In this document: in pieces, positions 19,601 through 32,769 of the stretch
Position numbering within the stretch: position 1 is the first letter of the stretch
Layout: each line of letters opens with the position of its first letter
Source of the DNA: Macrostomum lignano
Taxonomy: Eukaryota
Reading direction: 5' to 3'
DNA: 64,000 nucleotides
Assembly: GCA_002269645.1 (NCBI GenBank)
Contig: NIVC01001018.1
Span: forward strand, 62,001-126,000
The notes under the pieces: generated by a model
The model's database searches: none
The model's input: the letters and a program-made list of their open reading frames with translations, nothing else
What the model was told of the DNA's origin: nothing
Translations under genes and position numbers: made by a program

Positions 19601-21988
19601 ATCAGGATCACAATGGCACTCACTCATTGGGACAACAGTGGAAATCATCTGGTGTAAAAATGACTCCCACCGCCGATTCACTCACCGGCAAGCCGTCGGA
19701 CTTGTGCGGATACCGGGACCAGAGCAGCCGGTCCTGGTCGACAAGCAAGTCGCGGTCGGCCAGATCGCTGAACACCCCCAGCGACTCGGTGCTGTAACGG
19801 CCATCCTCGGCCACCGAGTCCTGCACCACCAGCATGTAGTTCTCGGGCTCACCGTTGGCCTGAAATCTTACGGGCGTTGAGTACCGATTTGAAGAATTGA
19901 AGCTGGCATTCAGGATGTCCTTGTACAGCTCAAGGCCGTTCACGCAGCCTAGCAGGGCGCTCCGATTGCCTAGCAGGGCTTGGGGGCAGCGGGCTGTCAC
20001 GTGACTGTGCAGGCCGTGCGCAATCGCCATGACGCTGTCGTAAAGCAGGTTGAGATTTTCAACTTTCGGCGTCAGGGGACGCTCAGACTGCAGTAGGCTT
20101 CGGTTAGCGTTGGCCCGGCAGCCGGCCGTGGATGAGGCGTTCGGCCGGGTGATGTCGCAGTTGAACATGTAGCTCAGGTAGGCCGAGCTCAGCGGATCGA
20201 GCATTGCCTCGGCGACCGTGATCGACATGCCCCGTTTGAATCGATCGGGCGGCAAATTAGTCGATACCGGGCGAAAGTAGAGCGACGGCGCTACCACCTT
20301 TGGTTAATTGTTCATTCAATCTAATTTATAGATACAAGTGCTTGATAAACCAAGAAATATTTTCACGGGATCGCTCAGCCTTATTAAAAGGAAAGTACGG
20401 ATATTGATCTACGTGTTATTGGTTCTGATCTAAGATATTTAGGAGTTGTACGAGAATCAATATGTTAGAAACAGCGAACTTTATGTCAGAGCCGCCCACC
20501 TAGGTGTCACTGAGGCCCAGGTAGGAGATGTCATTGAGTCCCATGTAGAAGATGTCATTGAGTCTCAGCTAGGAGATGTCATTGAGTCACAGCTAGGAGA
20601 TGTCATTGAGTCACAGCTAGATGTCATTGAGTCCCATGTAGGAGATGTCATTGAGTCCCATGTAGGAGATGTCATTGAGTCCCATGTAGGAGATGTCACT
20701 GAGGCCCAGGTAGGAGATGTCATTGAGTCCCATGTAGGAGATGTCATTGAGTCTCAGCTAGGAGATGTCACTGAGGCCCAGGTAGGAGATGTCATTGAGT
20801 CCCAGCTAGGAGATGTCACTGAGGCCCAGGTAGATATCTCAACTAGGCGTCATGGAGTCAGAAATAGGTGTCAAAGCAGCCTGAATACAAATAGGATATG
20901 TCAAGGACGCCCGAATTATGGGTGTCGGTGAAGCAAAAGTTGCTAGGCAAAGCCGGAAGATTTGGATGTTATTTTACTAATTTGAAAACCCTACTCTACA
21001 AAACTGCAGACAAACAATTCGCTGCCAAAGCCGCCGCACCTCTTTATAAGCCTCCAACGATATGATGGCGTCAGCCAGCAGGAAGGTGAACCGGCGACCC
21101 CAGGCGCTGGCGTTGGCCGAGGCCAATTTCAACAGCAGCGGCGCCACGATGTAGTCCGATGCGGCCACGGCCAGCACTCGGAGCCGCGGCATCGACTCCA
21201 GCTCCGCGGCCAGGCTGTCGATTTCCGACTGACTTGTTGGAGTTGGCGAAGTCGACAATGCGCCCGTTAATCCGACGCAGACGCCGTTGCTAGGGGCCAG
21301 CGCGGTGAAGGCCTGTCGAAACGATTCGCCGTAGCTGTCCGCAGCGTACAGCAGGCCGACCAGCTCCCAGCCGAAGTGGCGCGCAAATCGAAGCATCAGC
21401 GCGGCCTGGGCGCCAACTGGCGCCGCCACCCGGGCAAAGTAGGGATGGCGAGACCGGTCGGAGAGCGAGTCGCTGGTGGACATTGACGAGACCATCGGCA
21501 GCTCAAGCAGCTGCAGGTAGGTTGAAGCGAGAATCGAGCTGGCACTGTAGTAGCAGCAAGCCGCTGCCACCACTTTGACCGTCTCGGTGGGGGATTTTCC
21601 TCCCACGCCGGAGTTATAGTAGGTCGGCCAGGGCGGCGCGGCGAACTTGGTCAGGTAGCGGAGGGTCACCCGGTCAAAGTTGCACGAGTCGTAGGCCAGG
21701 AAGCCGAGCCGAATGTTGGGCAGCAGATCCGTTCGATTGTTGGCGTCCTCGATGGCCCAGCGCATGGCCAGGTAGTACAGGTACGGATGGTACACGTCGC
21801 TAATGTCAACACCGTCATCGATGCTGCACCGATAGTAGGTGATCGGAGAGTCCATTACAATGTTAAGATCGCCGGTTACCACGGTGACCACGTCTCGTTG
21901 CGGCATCTCTAAGCTGCTGCTCAGGCCACCGCTGCACACCAGCAGGAGCAGCAGTTGAAAACTGCAAGGAGAAACGCCTGCAGAGCAT
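16166..21988 (-). CDS. Class C GPCR (metabotropic glutamate/CaSR-like): Venus flytrap + nine-cysteine domain + 7TM_3; 4 exons
   Basis: Exons 21988(ATG; frameshift at the A4 run 21958-21961)-21040, 20297-19686, 19267-18677 and 16663-16166, all with phase-0 GT-AG junctions. Motifs include [54 protein letters not shown], the 9-Cys [18 protein letters not shown] domain, [11 protein letters not shown] and LFLPKIY. Confidence 0.92.
16850..17876. repeat. Purine-rich (GAGGAGAGGGGACGA)n-type array in GPCR intron 3
   Basis: Direct; it is a ~1-kb polypyrimidine tract on the transcribed strand. Confidence 0.95.
18677..19267 (-). CDS. Class C GPCR exon 3 (nine-cysteine domain, TM1-TM4)
   Basis: Acceptor cctag|gtg and donor cag|gtactt; 591 nt. 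Confidence 0.9.
19365..19618. repeat. 21-bp minisatellite in GPCR intron 2
   Basis: Unit ATGGCACACATCAGGATCACA. Confidence 0.95.
19686..20297 (-). CDS. Class C GPCR exon 2 (Venus flytrap C-terminal part)
   Basis: Acceptor ccaaag|gtg and donor ccg|gtgagt; 612 nt. Encodes [13 protein letters not shown] and VRFQANGE. Confidence 0.88.
20503..20832. repeat. 24-bp minisatellite in GPCR intron 1
   Basis: Unit GATGTCATTGAGTCCCATGTAGGA with variants. Confidence 0.95.
21040..21988 (-). CDS. Class C GPCR exon 1 (signal peptide, Venus flytrap lobe)
   Basis: ORF 20977..21939; donor gag|gtgcgg at 21040/21039. Confidence 0.85.
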
Positions 21989-22769
21989 TTGGAAATTGTC
22001 CAATGTTATTTCTATAGATCGATGGGGTTTCACAATCTCTGGACGAGGCAATTGGCTATGGACGAAAGACTTGCGATGTGTTGTCACCTAGATTTCAGGA
22101 ACTCTTGGTATTGTCATCAGGGTGTCAGACAGTCTTGGTGTGTCACCTGGGTGTCAGACACTTGTGTCACCTGCGTGTCAGACAGTTTTGGTGCGTCAGC
22201 TGGGTGTCACCTGGTGTCAGGTCTTGGGTGTCAGTGCCAGGTAAGTATCAGAATAGACTGTATTGAGTAAGAGCACAACGTAGGGAAAAACGTAGGAAAA
22301 GCTTGAAAGTAAAAAGTGTTCGTGATGAAAGTAGAACTACAAAATCCAACCATATTTTAAAAAACTTCCGGACAGCAAAACTTTCGATGGAGCTTCTTTG
22401 TCCGGAAAAGGCTTTATAAGTCAGTCATTTCTTTGTGAATAGCTCTATGAGTCTATGATTGACTCAGTGCCCTGGGGGGGGGGGCAACTGACAGACAAAG
22501 TCAGATTGAAGTTGACGCAGCTGAACCGGTCAGCCCCAGGCCCCGTGGACAATCATCCGCCGGCTCCAGTCAGTCCGGCTTCCGGCAGATGAAAACTTTC
22601 TGCGATCGGCAGCCCCTTGGAATGCATTCAACAGCTCGCTCCCAGACTTCTTTACTGACTGCTTTCGGTTGGTAAATGCGATTAAAGCAGACAAAAAATT
22701 AAAAAGCCGGGAAAAGCAATATTGGAGGCTTTGAAAGTCCTAATTATTGCTGCAGGTGTGCAGCCAAAG

Positions 22770-23837
<1,068 letters not shown>

Positions 23838-24194
23838 TTTATCATAGCTAAATGATTAGCCAAATCAGCAGACAGATCAAAAGAAATCGCATAATCCCAT
23901 GAAGGCATGATTTTACGGCCAGCTATCAGATATTTTCATTCTGACGATGAGGAGCCAAAATGCAAACTAAGCACGTGCTATATTGACTAAAATGGACGAG
24001 AATCACACACACTGACGGCAAAGAAGACTAATAAGCCCTTATTCTAGAGAATATGGCGCCACCAAAGCGGTCAGTTGGGTCTTTTGGCTTGCAGTCAAAA
24101 AATTTACGACATCTTATATACAGAGGCGGCAAGTGCCGCCTTGCACTTCTAAAACCTGTAGGGAAAATAAATCGTGGCCTCTCATACTGCTAGT

Positions 24195-24526
<332 letters not shown>

Positions 24527-25110
24527 CAGATTGATTGATTGATTGATTGATTATAACTGCCGGTGTGGATATTAGAATTCAGCTACGAGTTGATTCCGGA
24601 AGGGGGCGAAACTGCTAGTATAAATATAGTGTCTCATATTCCATCCAGATTGCTAAAAGCCACGCGAGCAAATCTTAATAACGTTGGAGTTTCTCATTTT
24701 TCAGCTTTTCTTTGTATAGCTGGAGGGTTGAATACTAATGAACTTTTCTCTTCCTTCGCGTGTTAGTCAAATACAAAGTGACAAAATAATCATTTTGGCC
24801 CAATAACACCCCGGGCGAGGCAGCCCAAGCAAAGTGAGACAGTAGATCGTCTTTCAGGACTAACTCAAATTTGATGTATGCCCATGCAGGTCCTGCTTAG
24901 ATTTCCAGCGGCCAGATAACCCAGATTTTGCAAAGCAATTGACCGGGAAATATTATATTATCATACAAAATAAGCAGGACGGTAAAATTTCGTTTTTCAG
25001 AAAATATTTGAAGGCTGGCTTTCGCTAACCCTTCCGAGATCGAATATTGGAACTTTCATTTTGGAGGCAAGACTATTATGCACAAAATCCTTCTCTAAAA
25101 GACCTAATAT

Positions 25111-25454
25111 CAGGGGCGTCGCCATGGATTTTATGGTGAGGGGACAAAGCCAAGAATTCAGCATGTCCATGTACATGACTGAATTCCTGCTTTTCCATTG
25201 TTTTGAGAATCGTGTTGTCAGCGCTCATTTTGGCGCCGCAGGCACTCATTTTGGCGCCACAGGCATTTCTTTTGGCGCCGCAGGCATTGTTTTAGCGCCG
25301 CAGGCGCTATATTTTGGCACCCTGAAGAAAAATTATTGATTACCACACGGGTCACAAGGGGGGGTGGGGGGACAAAGCATTGGCATGTTCCCCTAATAGC
25401 TTTTACTGGGGGGGGCATGTCCCCTTGTCCCCCCCCCCGGTGGCGACGCGCCTG
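25111..25454. mobile_element. hAT-type MITE, 344 bp, perfect 8-bp TSD
   Basis: TIRs CAGGGGCGTCGCCA and TGGCGACGCGCCTG (1 mismatch); TSD cctaatat at 25103-25110 and 25455-25462. Confidence 0.93.
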
Positions 25455-25935
25455 CCTAATATCTATTGTTATGTTTATTTATGAAACGCTGGAATAAAAA
25501 ACGTAGTGAACAGTGTATGGTTAAAAAAGTCGCGTATAGAGGCTTACCAATACTACATGTAAGGTCCATGTTAATTTAACTGTCTATAGCAGAAAGCAGA
25601 GAAAGCTTTTTAATTAAGTCAAAGAACTATAGCCAGGCGGATGGTGGATGCAAAACGGTTTGCAGTAGCAACTCCTTCTCATGGTTAAAATGCGCATGTG
25701 CAAGCTAATAAGGCCCCAATATCAAGAGTATGCAGCGTCTTCTCGTGTGATTGGCTGCATGAGACATGCAGCTTTTTAACAGATAGCCTTAAGGGAATCA
25801 TGATAATGCATGGAACAGTTAGTGACTGCATTAGAAACTGGAAACTGGGCTGTTTCATTATGTGACTGATACGGTACAGCGACTGTAGTTTAGGAGATCA
25901 ATCAATAAACTGAAAGCAAATATAGACTGCATGTA

Positions 25936-26567
25936 CGAGGGTTGTCCCAGAAATAGCGGGAAAACCAGTACAGAGGCTGACTGTGATATTCGAATCTGAT
26001 GCAACTTGCGTCATAAGTAGAAAAAAATGCAACTATTGTTTTGCTTTTTAAATGGGGTAAAAATGTCAATTCATTCAAAAGTTATGCCTATAATTAGAGC
26101 AAGGGGTAGGGGTAGAGTTACACCAAGTCGAAAGGTCTGCAAAGTCGGTCACGCAGCATCGCCATCGCCCTTGACTGATGACTTTTCGACGAAGTCACCC
26201 CTCAGCCTGCATCCTGCAGCTGTTCTGCTTCTGCTTCAGATTAGCTTCTGCTTTTTTCGAGGGCTTATGTGCTCTTTTGTTTCTTTTCAGCTTCTTCGTT
26301 TGCTTTTGTTTTCGAATCGATGGTTCTGACTAAACATCAAAAGTTTAGTCCATGGTCAGCATAGTAGGCTCGACTTGGTGTAACTCTACCCCCTACCCCT
26401 TTTTCTAATTATAGGCATAACTTTTGAATGAATTGACATTTTTACCCCATTTAAAAAGCAAAACAATAGTTGCATTTTTTTCTACTTATGACGCAAGTTG
26501 CATCAAATTCGAATATCACAGTCAGCCTCTGTACCGGTTTTTCCCGCTATTTCTGGGACAACCCTCG
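25936..26567. mobile_element. Mariner-type MITE with ~196-bp inverted arms, TA TSD
   Basis: ta|CGAGGGTTGTCCCAGAAATAGCGGG ... CCCGCTATTTCTGGGACAACCCTCG|ta. Arms 25936-26131 and 26370-26567 are near-perfect inverted copies. Confidence 0.93.
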
Positions 26568-27452
26568 TACAAAGCTGCACGCGCAGCAGATGCGCATCAT
26601 GAATACAAGAAATATAGATATATATATTTTGCATCTATTCAATTTAAGCTACATGCAGCTATATGAGCGACATGCAAGCAAATGAAGCCTCCTGTGTGGT
26701 ATTCTGTAATTGACTGAATTTCACAGGAACACTAATACACTGTACATGTAGCTGTTAAGCCGAATAGTTTATATGTAGCAGCATGCATGGGTGTGATTCG
26801 CTATACAAACATTATGTAATAATATTACGTTTACACACTTGCGTCGCAGCGTAAAAATTTGAGGAAACTATGGCAAGTGGTTATATACACGAGATTAAAT
26901 GTACATTTATTTGCTTTACATACGTGTTTCATGGACACTAAAGTGCACATCCACATGCAAAAAGAATTTTGCATGACAAAGACCGCATTCAGCGCAATGC
27001 GTTCTCTCTGTAGCATACTAAATGCACTATTATATAGAGGCTATCACTTCAGTTTGCTCATGGCCATGTAAAGTTCTAAAACTAAAATGATATACTATAA
27101 TATCACCCGGTGAGAAAGATTGATTCGCTCAAGGACGACTTAAGTAGACTAAAGTAGAATTAGACGTGATCTTAGTTGCCGCTCGAGACGTTTATTAGAC
27201 GCGCTACTGAAGTCGTCTATCGTCCTTGGACCTTGGCTGAGCTGCATGCACAATGCACATCACACACATCACATATCAAAGCATGCACATCACACACATC
27301 ACATATCAAAGCATGCACATCACAGATCGAGTTCATACTGCAAAGGGCATTAAAATTGCATGCATGTAAAAAATTCTTAAAGATAGATTCCACCACGCAG
27401 TGTTCCAACATTCATGTACTACTTTTACTGAAAATGCGTAGTAGTATATATA

Positions 27453-28014
27453 CGAGGGTGTCCCAAAAGTTCCCGGAATCTTTGCTCTAGCTCCTCAGTA
27501 CCCCTTGACAAACTAAAGTGTCAAACTAAAGATAATTTTTCAATGAAAAGCTTGTCATTTGAATTTCCTTTCTATCTGGTTTCGGTCAAGAGTTACACCA
27601 GCAAATGTGAGGGAAGGTCAGTACTACTACTAGTGTTACACAACCTCGACTGTGGTGTGTCCTTTTCTATCATCAATTTTTTTGCAAAACTTAACTTTGA
27701 ATTCGCCAGAATGATGTGAAAACGTCTATGGATAAAATCAGTAGAATTTCTGATCAGATCTACTGGTGCCAGCGCTTGCTTATTCCATACCCAAGTGCTT
27801 GCTTTTGGCTAGAAACTTAAAGATGAGTTTTTTCCATGCCTTGAGAGTCAGCGGTGTCAAGTTTTCGCCCTGTGGGGCGGCGAGAGCGTGGATGCTGGTC
27901 ATTCAAAGTGGACTGGCCGTCCTTGAACCGGTTGGATCCATCCTTAAATAGCTGTTTTCTTAATGCTGTTCTCACCATGGATTGAGAAAAGATGATTGGA
28001 AATTTTGGCTCCAC
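27453..28014 (-). pseudogene. Deleted mariner element: terminal repeat plus transposase HTH fragment
   Basis: A ta|cgagggtgtcccaaaagttcc end at 27451. The minus-strand FKDGQSTLNDQHPRSRRP matches the mariner RFKxGxxSLEDxxRSGRP motif. A second same-orientation mariner-like end starts at 28121. Confidence 0.65.
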
Positions 28015-28529
28015 TCCATTCTGCAGACCATAGGCCCGAAAACTTGACGATTATAGTTATTTATATATATAAACTAATGCGCATATATACATTATGCATA
28101 TGCATAAATCATTTATAATGTACGAGGGGCGTCCCAGAAGAAGCGACACTTTTGCTTGCTTCCACAAGTATTAATGTGTGTTAAAAAATCATATGCCTTA
28201 AAACTAAAAGCTAGCGGCGGATTTTAGCTTTCATGCCACGTACAAAAGTCCGATTTTTATAAGTGCTTCCTGCTGTAAGCAGCATGCATTTATTCGCATA
28301 CCCTTGGCCATAGAAATACACACAGCATAGTGCTTCTACGCTTACTCAGAAGAAAGCCACAAGTACAGCTGATCAAGCACAGAGTTGCAAGACAGCAGCT
28401 GCAAGATTTGTTCCAGTCATGGACCCTAACATTCACTCCACAGAAGGGCAGACACACGCAATTTTTACACTGGAGTCCTGGTCAGAAATGCCCTGAAATT
28501 CACGAACACCTGACGTCGGCATCGGGATC

Positions 28530-29250
28530 ATGAATGCTTGTTTGCCAAGCACGAGTACGACTTGGGCACGACGGAGCTGCTACAGCACCAGGTCGAACTG
28601 GAACCGGGAACGCGGCCGCACCGGCAAATCCAAGCAGCGCCGTCTGCCTCTGTCTGTGCGAGACCAGGTGGATAAAAAGATCGTACAGATGCTGGACAGC
28701 GGCATCATCGAGCCGTCGTCGTCGCCATGGGCGAGCAACCTGCTGGAGATCCGCAAGAATTGAAAAATGCACGAAATTAGCCGCAGCTGAATGCCTGCAC
28801 GGTCAAGGACGCGTACCCGCTGCCGCACATGCAGCAAGCATGAATGCTCTGGTCGGGTGCTCCTGGTTCTCCACCATTGACTGACGGCAGGGCTACCACC
28901 AGGTGGAGGTGGCGGAAGAGGACCGGTTTAAGACAGCCTTCTATTCGAACCGCGGCCTGACGCAGTTCCGCAAGACGGGCTTTGGAATTCGCAATGCCCC
29001 AGCGACGTTCCAGCGGCTGATGGAGCTGGTGATGTCCGGTCTGTCTCCGTGCTGACTTACATCGACGACTTCATCGTCTTCAGCAGGACCTTCGACGAGA
29101 ACCTGGTGAGACTGGAGCGCTAGCGGCCGCGAGATGCGGGCCTCAGACTGCACAAGGTGAAGAGCGTGTTCGGCCATCGCCAGGTGCTGTACCTGGGACA
29201 CCTGATCAGCAAGCAGGGTATTGTACCTGACCTCAGCAAGGTCTACGTAC
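28530..29250 (+). pseudogene. Ty3/Gypsy reverse transcriptase relic (frameshifted)
   Basis: Fragments in shifting frames: FAKHEYDLGTTELLQHQVEL; RRLPLSVRDQVDKKIVQMLDSGIIEPSSSPWASN; KDAYPLP; WFSTID*RQGYHQV; KTAF..RGLTQF..FGIRNAPATFQRLM; YIDDFIVFS; YLGHLIS. Confidence 0.92.
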
Positions 29251-31843
29251 AAGACCAAAGAGGCATCAACCTGTGACCCATGTGATCGCATAATATTCTG
29301 CATATCCCATGCTGTTTAATTGCAAGCCAAACAATTCTCCGCTAATTCGGCTGTCCACTGTTGAATGTGCCATGAGTTGAGACTGACTGACACGCGACAC
29401 CATGAAGAGATTTATAATACATTTTTGTGAAATCTTGCATGCTATACATGCATATGTCCACAAAATATATCTAGCAATACGGACGTACAGTCACCGACTG
29501 CGACTCTGAAAAATAAATCGTCTTCTGCTTTCCTATATAAGAAAATTTTATTATTTATTAAAGTTATTCAAGGCTAATTTTGATCGTAATTTTTAGACGG
29601 CGCAGCAGAAGCAGCTACTATACAAGCTTATGACTATGTGAATAGCGATATATGATGCTTAGTGCAGAAACCCCTACTAGACATTTCAATAAGGCGTTTG
29701 CTCTGCTAAACTCCCTAGAAAAAGGGGGTCCTGTAAAAAAGCTCACTGCTTCTTTACAAAGCTCACTAGAAATGATTATTGACAAAAATCAATCGAATTT
29801 TGTATCTTGTAGGAGTGATAAATTCTGTACAGGATGGCGATAAACCAGCTTTCTACGTTCAGTAATAAACTCTAGGCAGCACTAGAAAAAACCAGCCTCC
29901 AACTATTTTCTGCATGATTTGGCCAGTTTCCCGTCCCTAGTTTAAGTAGTCCCTGCTGTATTATGTACATATGTACGAGTTCTATCAATCGATCTTGTAC
30001 ATGTATTCTTGATAGTAAAGACGCTTATTGAATTTGCTTCATTCAGCTAAAGAGATAAAATATTTAAAACCAAATTTTCTTTTTGTTCAGCAGAATTATG
30101 AAGCATCTGGCTTCTCTGGGAGCATCAAAGTCTAGTAGGACACGATCCTAGTTGCATTCAAGTATGTAAAGAATTTGGCAAACTGTAAAAATATAAATAT
30201 TTAAAAATAAATGTGTTTAATATTTGTTAGAGTATAGTACAGCTAGATAACCTACGTTTAAAGAACTTTGTTTAAACAAATAAATGGAACTAAATTTGAA
30301 TTAGTATAGATGCATCATTGAATTTGTGTTATATATCAAACAATATGCTACAATACTTCTCTGATTTTAAAGTTAAACAAAATACAATATTCAGTGACCA
30401 CAACCAGATTGTACTAACACTATCAAACTACTTCATATCAGACAAAAATATGAATACTCATCTGCCCAAAAACACCTCATCTATACCTAAAGCAACCAAA
30501 TTCTCCTGCCTGAAAAAAACTAGTACGCAAGATTTAAGCCACAAAAGCCAACACAACAACATCGTGGAAAACATTAAGAATCTGGCTGAAACTGATGATA
30601 TTGAAGAAACAACATCAAATATTTGCACTGAGCTAAAGTCATTGCAAAAACTTTTGCTAACAAATAAAGACAACTCGCTTAACTTTGTTATACCTTCTCA
30701 CCTAAAGAAACTTAGAAATGCCTTCAAGCATGCCTGCAGAAGATTCAAACTTTACCCATCAAATTGCAATCTACACAAAAAGAGGACCCTAAGGAAATCT
30801 TATGAAAAAAGCATCACACAATGGAAGCATGAAACTGTTCTAAGCAAGGAAAACCTAATAAACCAAGCTTTTATTAAAAATGAAACCAAGGAATTATGGA
30901 ATCTCATACAGCCTATCAACCAAACAAACCCTAGCACACAAATTGATGAAAACTTCAAAACACACTTCCAGAACCTATCAACTGAACAAAACGATGAAAT
31001 CAAAATTACATACAACTTCCACCTTGACAACTCTAAGCTCCTCAACCTTGATGACTTCAACTCTCCCTTCACACCTGATGAAATTAGGAAACACATCAAA
31101 AAACTTAAAGCAAACAAAGCATCTGGCAAAGACAAATTATACGCTGAAACATTGCTACATTTCGGAGTAGACTTATCAGAAGCTCTATGCCAGCTATTTA
31201 ACAAGATCCTAGATAGAGGAACCTTCCCCTCCGACTGGATCACTAACATCCTGCACCCCATTTACAAAAACAAAGGTTGTCCCTCTGACCCAAACAACTA
31301 CAGAGGCATCTGCGTTCAACCCATTCTAGGTAAGCTTCTCTGCTCGCTCATCAAAACGCGCCTTGAAAACCTCGCCCATTCGAACAACCTCATTTCTAAA
31401 TACCAGTATGGCTTCAAACAGAATCATAGCACAATTGACCAGTGCTTTAATCTATACAACATTATTAATAAAACCTGCGGTGAAAAGGAGACCCTTTTTA
31501 TCGGCTTCATTGACTATGAAAAAGCATTTGATAGTATTAACCAACCAACACTCTGGTACAAAACAGCCAACCAAGGTATCAAAGGAAAGATGATGAACCT
31601 AATCGAGAACATGCATGAAAATGCATGCTTCCTCCTGCAAAAAAACGGCGACTTATCTGAGCCCATCCCAATCAACAAAGGTGTACTTCAAGGTAACCCA
31701 CTATCTACCGTTCTCTTTGAGATCTATATCAATGACTTGCTGAAGTACTGCGGAGGAATGATTGAAACTGCTGCGCCGGTGTCGACCAGGAAGGACAAAC
31801 GACGCGCATCGAATAGGAGTTCGACGACGAGGCAGGACTTGCG

Positions 31844-31903
31844 CGCCGCTGAGTCCGTGGCACTGCTCACTGCGGCGTCATGGGTAGTGCCCTGGAGTTT
31901 CCC
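31844..31903 (-). promoter_or_regulatory. -1 programmed ribosomal frameshift signal (G GGA AAC plus predicted H-type pseudoknot)
   Basis: Minus strand: GGGAAAC tccag GGCACT acccatga CGCCGC ag TGAG c AGTGCC acgga CTCA GCGGCG. The heptamer is correctly phased in gag, and the -1 frame leads to the protease. Confidence 0.75.
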
Positions 31904-32769
31904 GGAGATGGTCGCTCCGGGGAGCTCGAGCGCGACGGTACTGGGGTCCGCTCGTTGGGGCCCAGGATCCTTGGTTGTGGGCCGTTGCTCTTTCGTGGAA
32001 ATTGGCACCAGCGGCGACAGGTGCGCGACCGGGGTCCGTAATAGAGATGTCCACGACAGATGACCGGGCGCTGGCCTGGACGGTAGGGTGCTAATGATGA
32101 CAGCTGCGGAGATGCCTCCTGTTGTGAACTCGCTGCGGTGTGTCGAGTTGTGTCGCGTGGTTGGACAGCGTTGATCTTGGAATGCTGGATTTCAAGCAGC
32201 GAATCGGCGATGGAAGCCAGTTGCTCCGGTGTCTGCTGCTCTTGAAAGCAGGCCAGATGGCGTTGCAGTTCGGGTGGTAGACAACGAATCAGCGTGGCCT
32301 TTACCATATCCGGATTATCTTGTAGGCCACACTGAGCCATCTTAGATGTCAGACGCTTGACGAAAACAGATGGTTTGTCGCCACCCAGGTCCGAGGTGTT
32401 CATGACCTCGTTGATTTTGTCCTGCTTGCTTTTCTGGAGCATGGCGAGCACGGCTTTCTTCAAGTCGCTGTAGTGTGCCGGCGTGGTCGTAGAGATGAGA
32501 ACGGACGCGATGTCTTCCGGGAGCTGGCAGATGAGATGACTGAAGCGAGTCTTCTCCGACGTGATGTTCCGCAGCTCGAACTGGGCGTCCAGCATCCGAA
32601 ACCAGGCTTCGGGGTTGTTCCTGTAAAAAGAAGGTATTTTGAGACTTACCGTGGCTAGTGGTGACTCCTCAATCGGGTTCGGATGTTCCGCTGATGCTGA
32701 GTTTGAAGCCGTTGGAGCGCTCCCCGCATTGGCGGTCGTTGCAGTACCAGAGGTTGCTTCTGTTGACAT
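31867..32769 (-). CDS. Gypsy Gag-like protein, 300 aa, intact
   Basis: LKIPSFYRNNPEAWFRMLDAQFELRNIT..TRFSHLICQLP is the typical Gypsy Gag N-terminal signature. The protein also has a C-terminal C-x2-H-x8-C-x3-C motif (ICRGHLYYGPRSRTCRRWC). Confidence 0.85.
   Translation of the reverse strand: MSTEATSGTATTANAGSAPTASNSASAEHPNPIEESPLATVSLKIPSFYRNNPEAWFRMLDAQFELRNITSEKTRFSHLICQLPEDIASVLISTTTPAHYSDLKKAVLAMLQKSKQDKINEVMNTSDLGGDKPSVFVKRLTSKMAQCGLQDNPDMVKATLIRCLPPELQRHLACFQEQQTPEQLASIADSLLEIQHSKINAVQPRDTTRHTAASSQQEASPQLSSLAPYRPGQRPVICRGHLYYGPRSRTCRRWCQFPRKSNGPQPRILGPNERTPVPSRSSSPERPSPGNSRALPMTPQ

Noticed and set aside
19619-19624. Second GTGAGT donor at the edge of the 21-bp array in GPCR intron 2
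   Set aside because: It is phase 2 and incompatible with the phase-0 next exon; at most a decoy.
30318-32063. 581-aa ORF as a novel RT fusion protein
   Set aside because: The last ~110 aa are the antisense strand of the inserted Gypsy pro/gag; this is a read-through artefact of the insertion at 31739.
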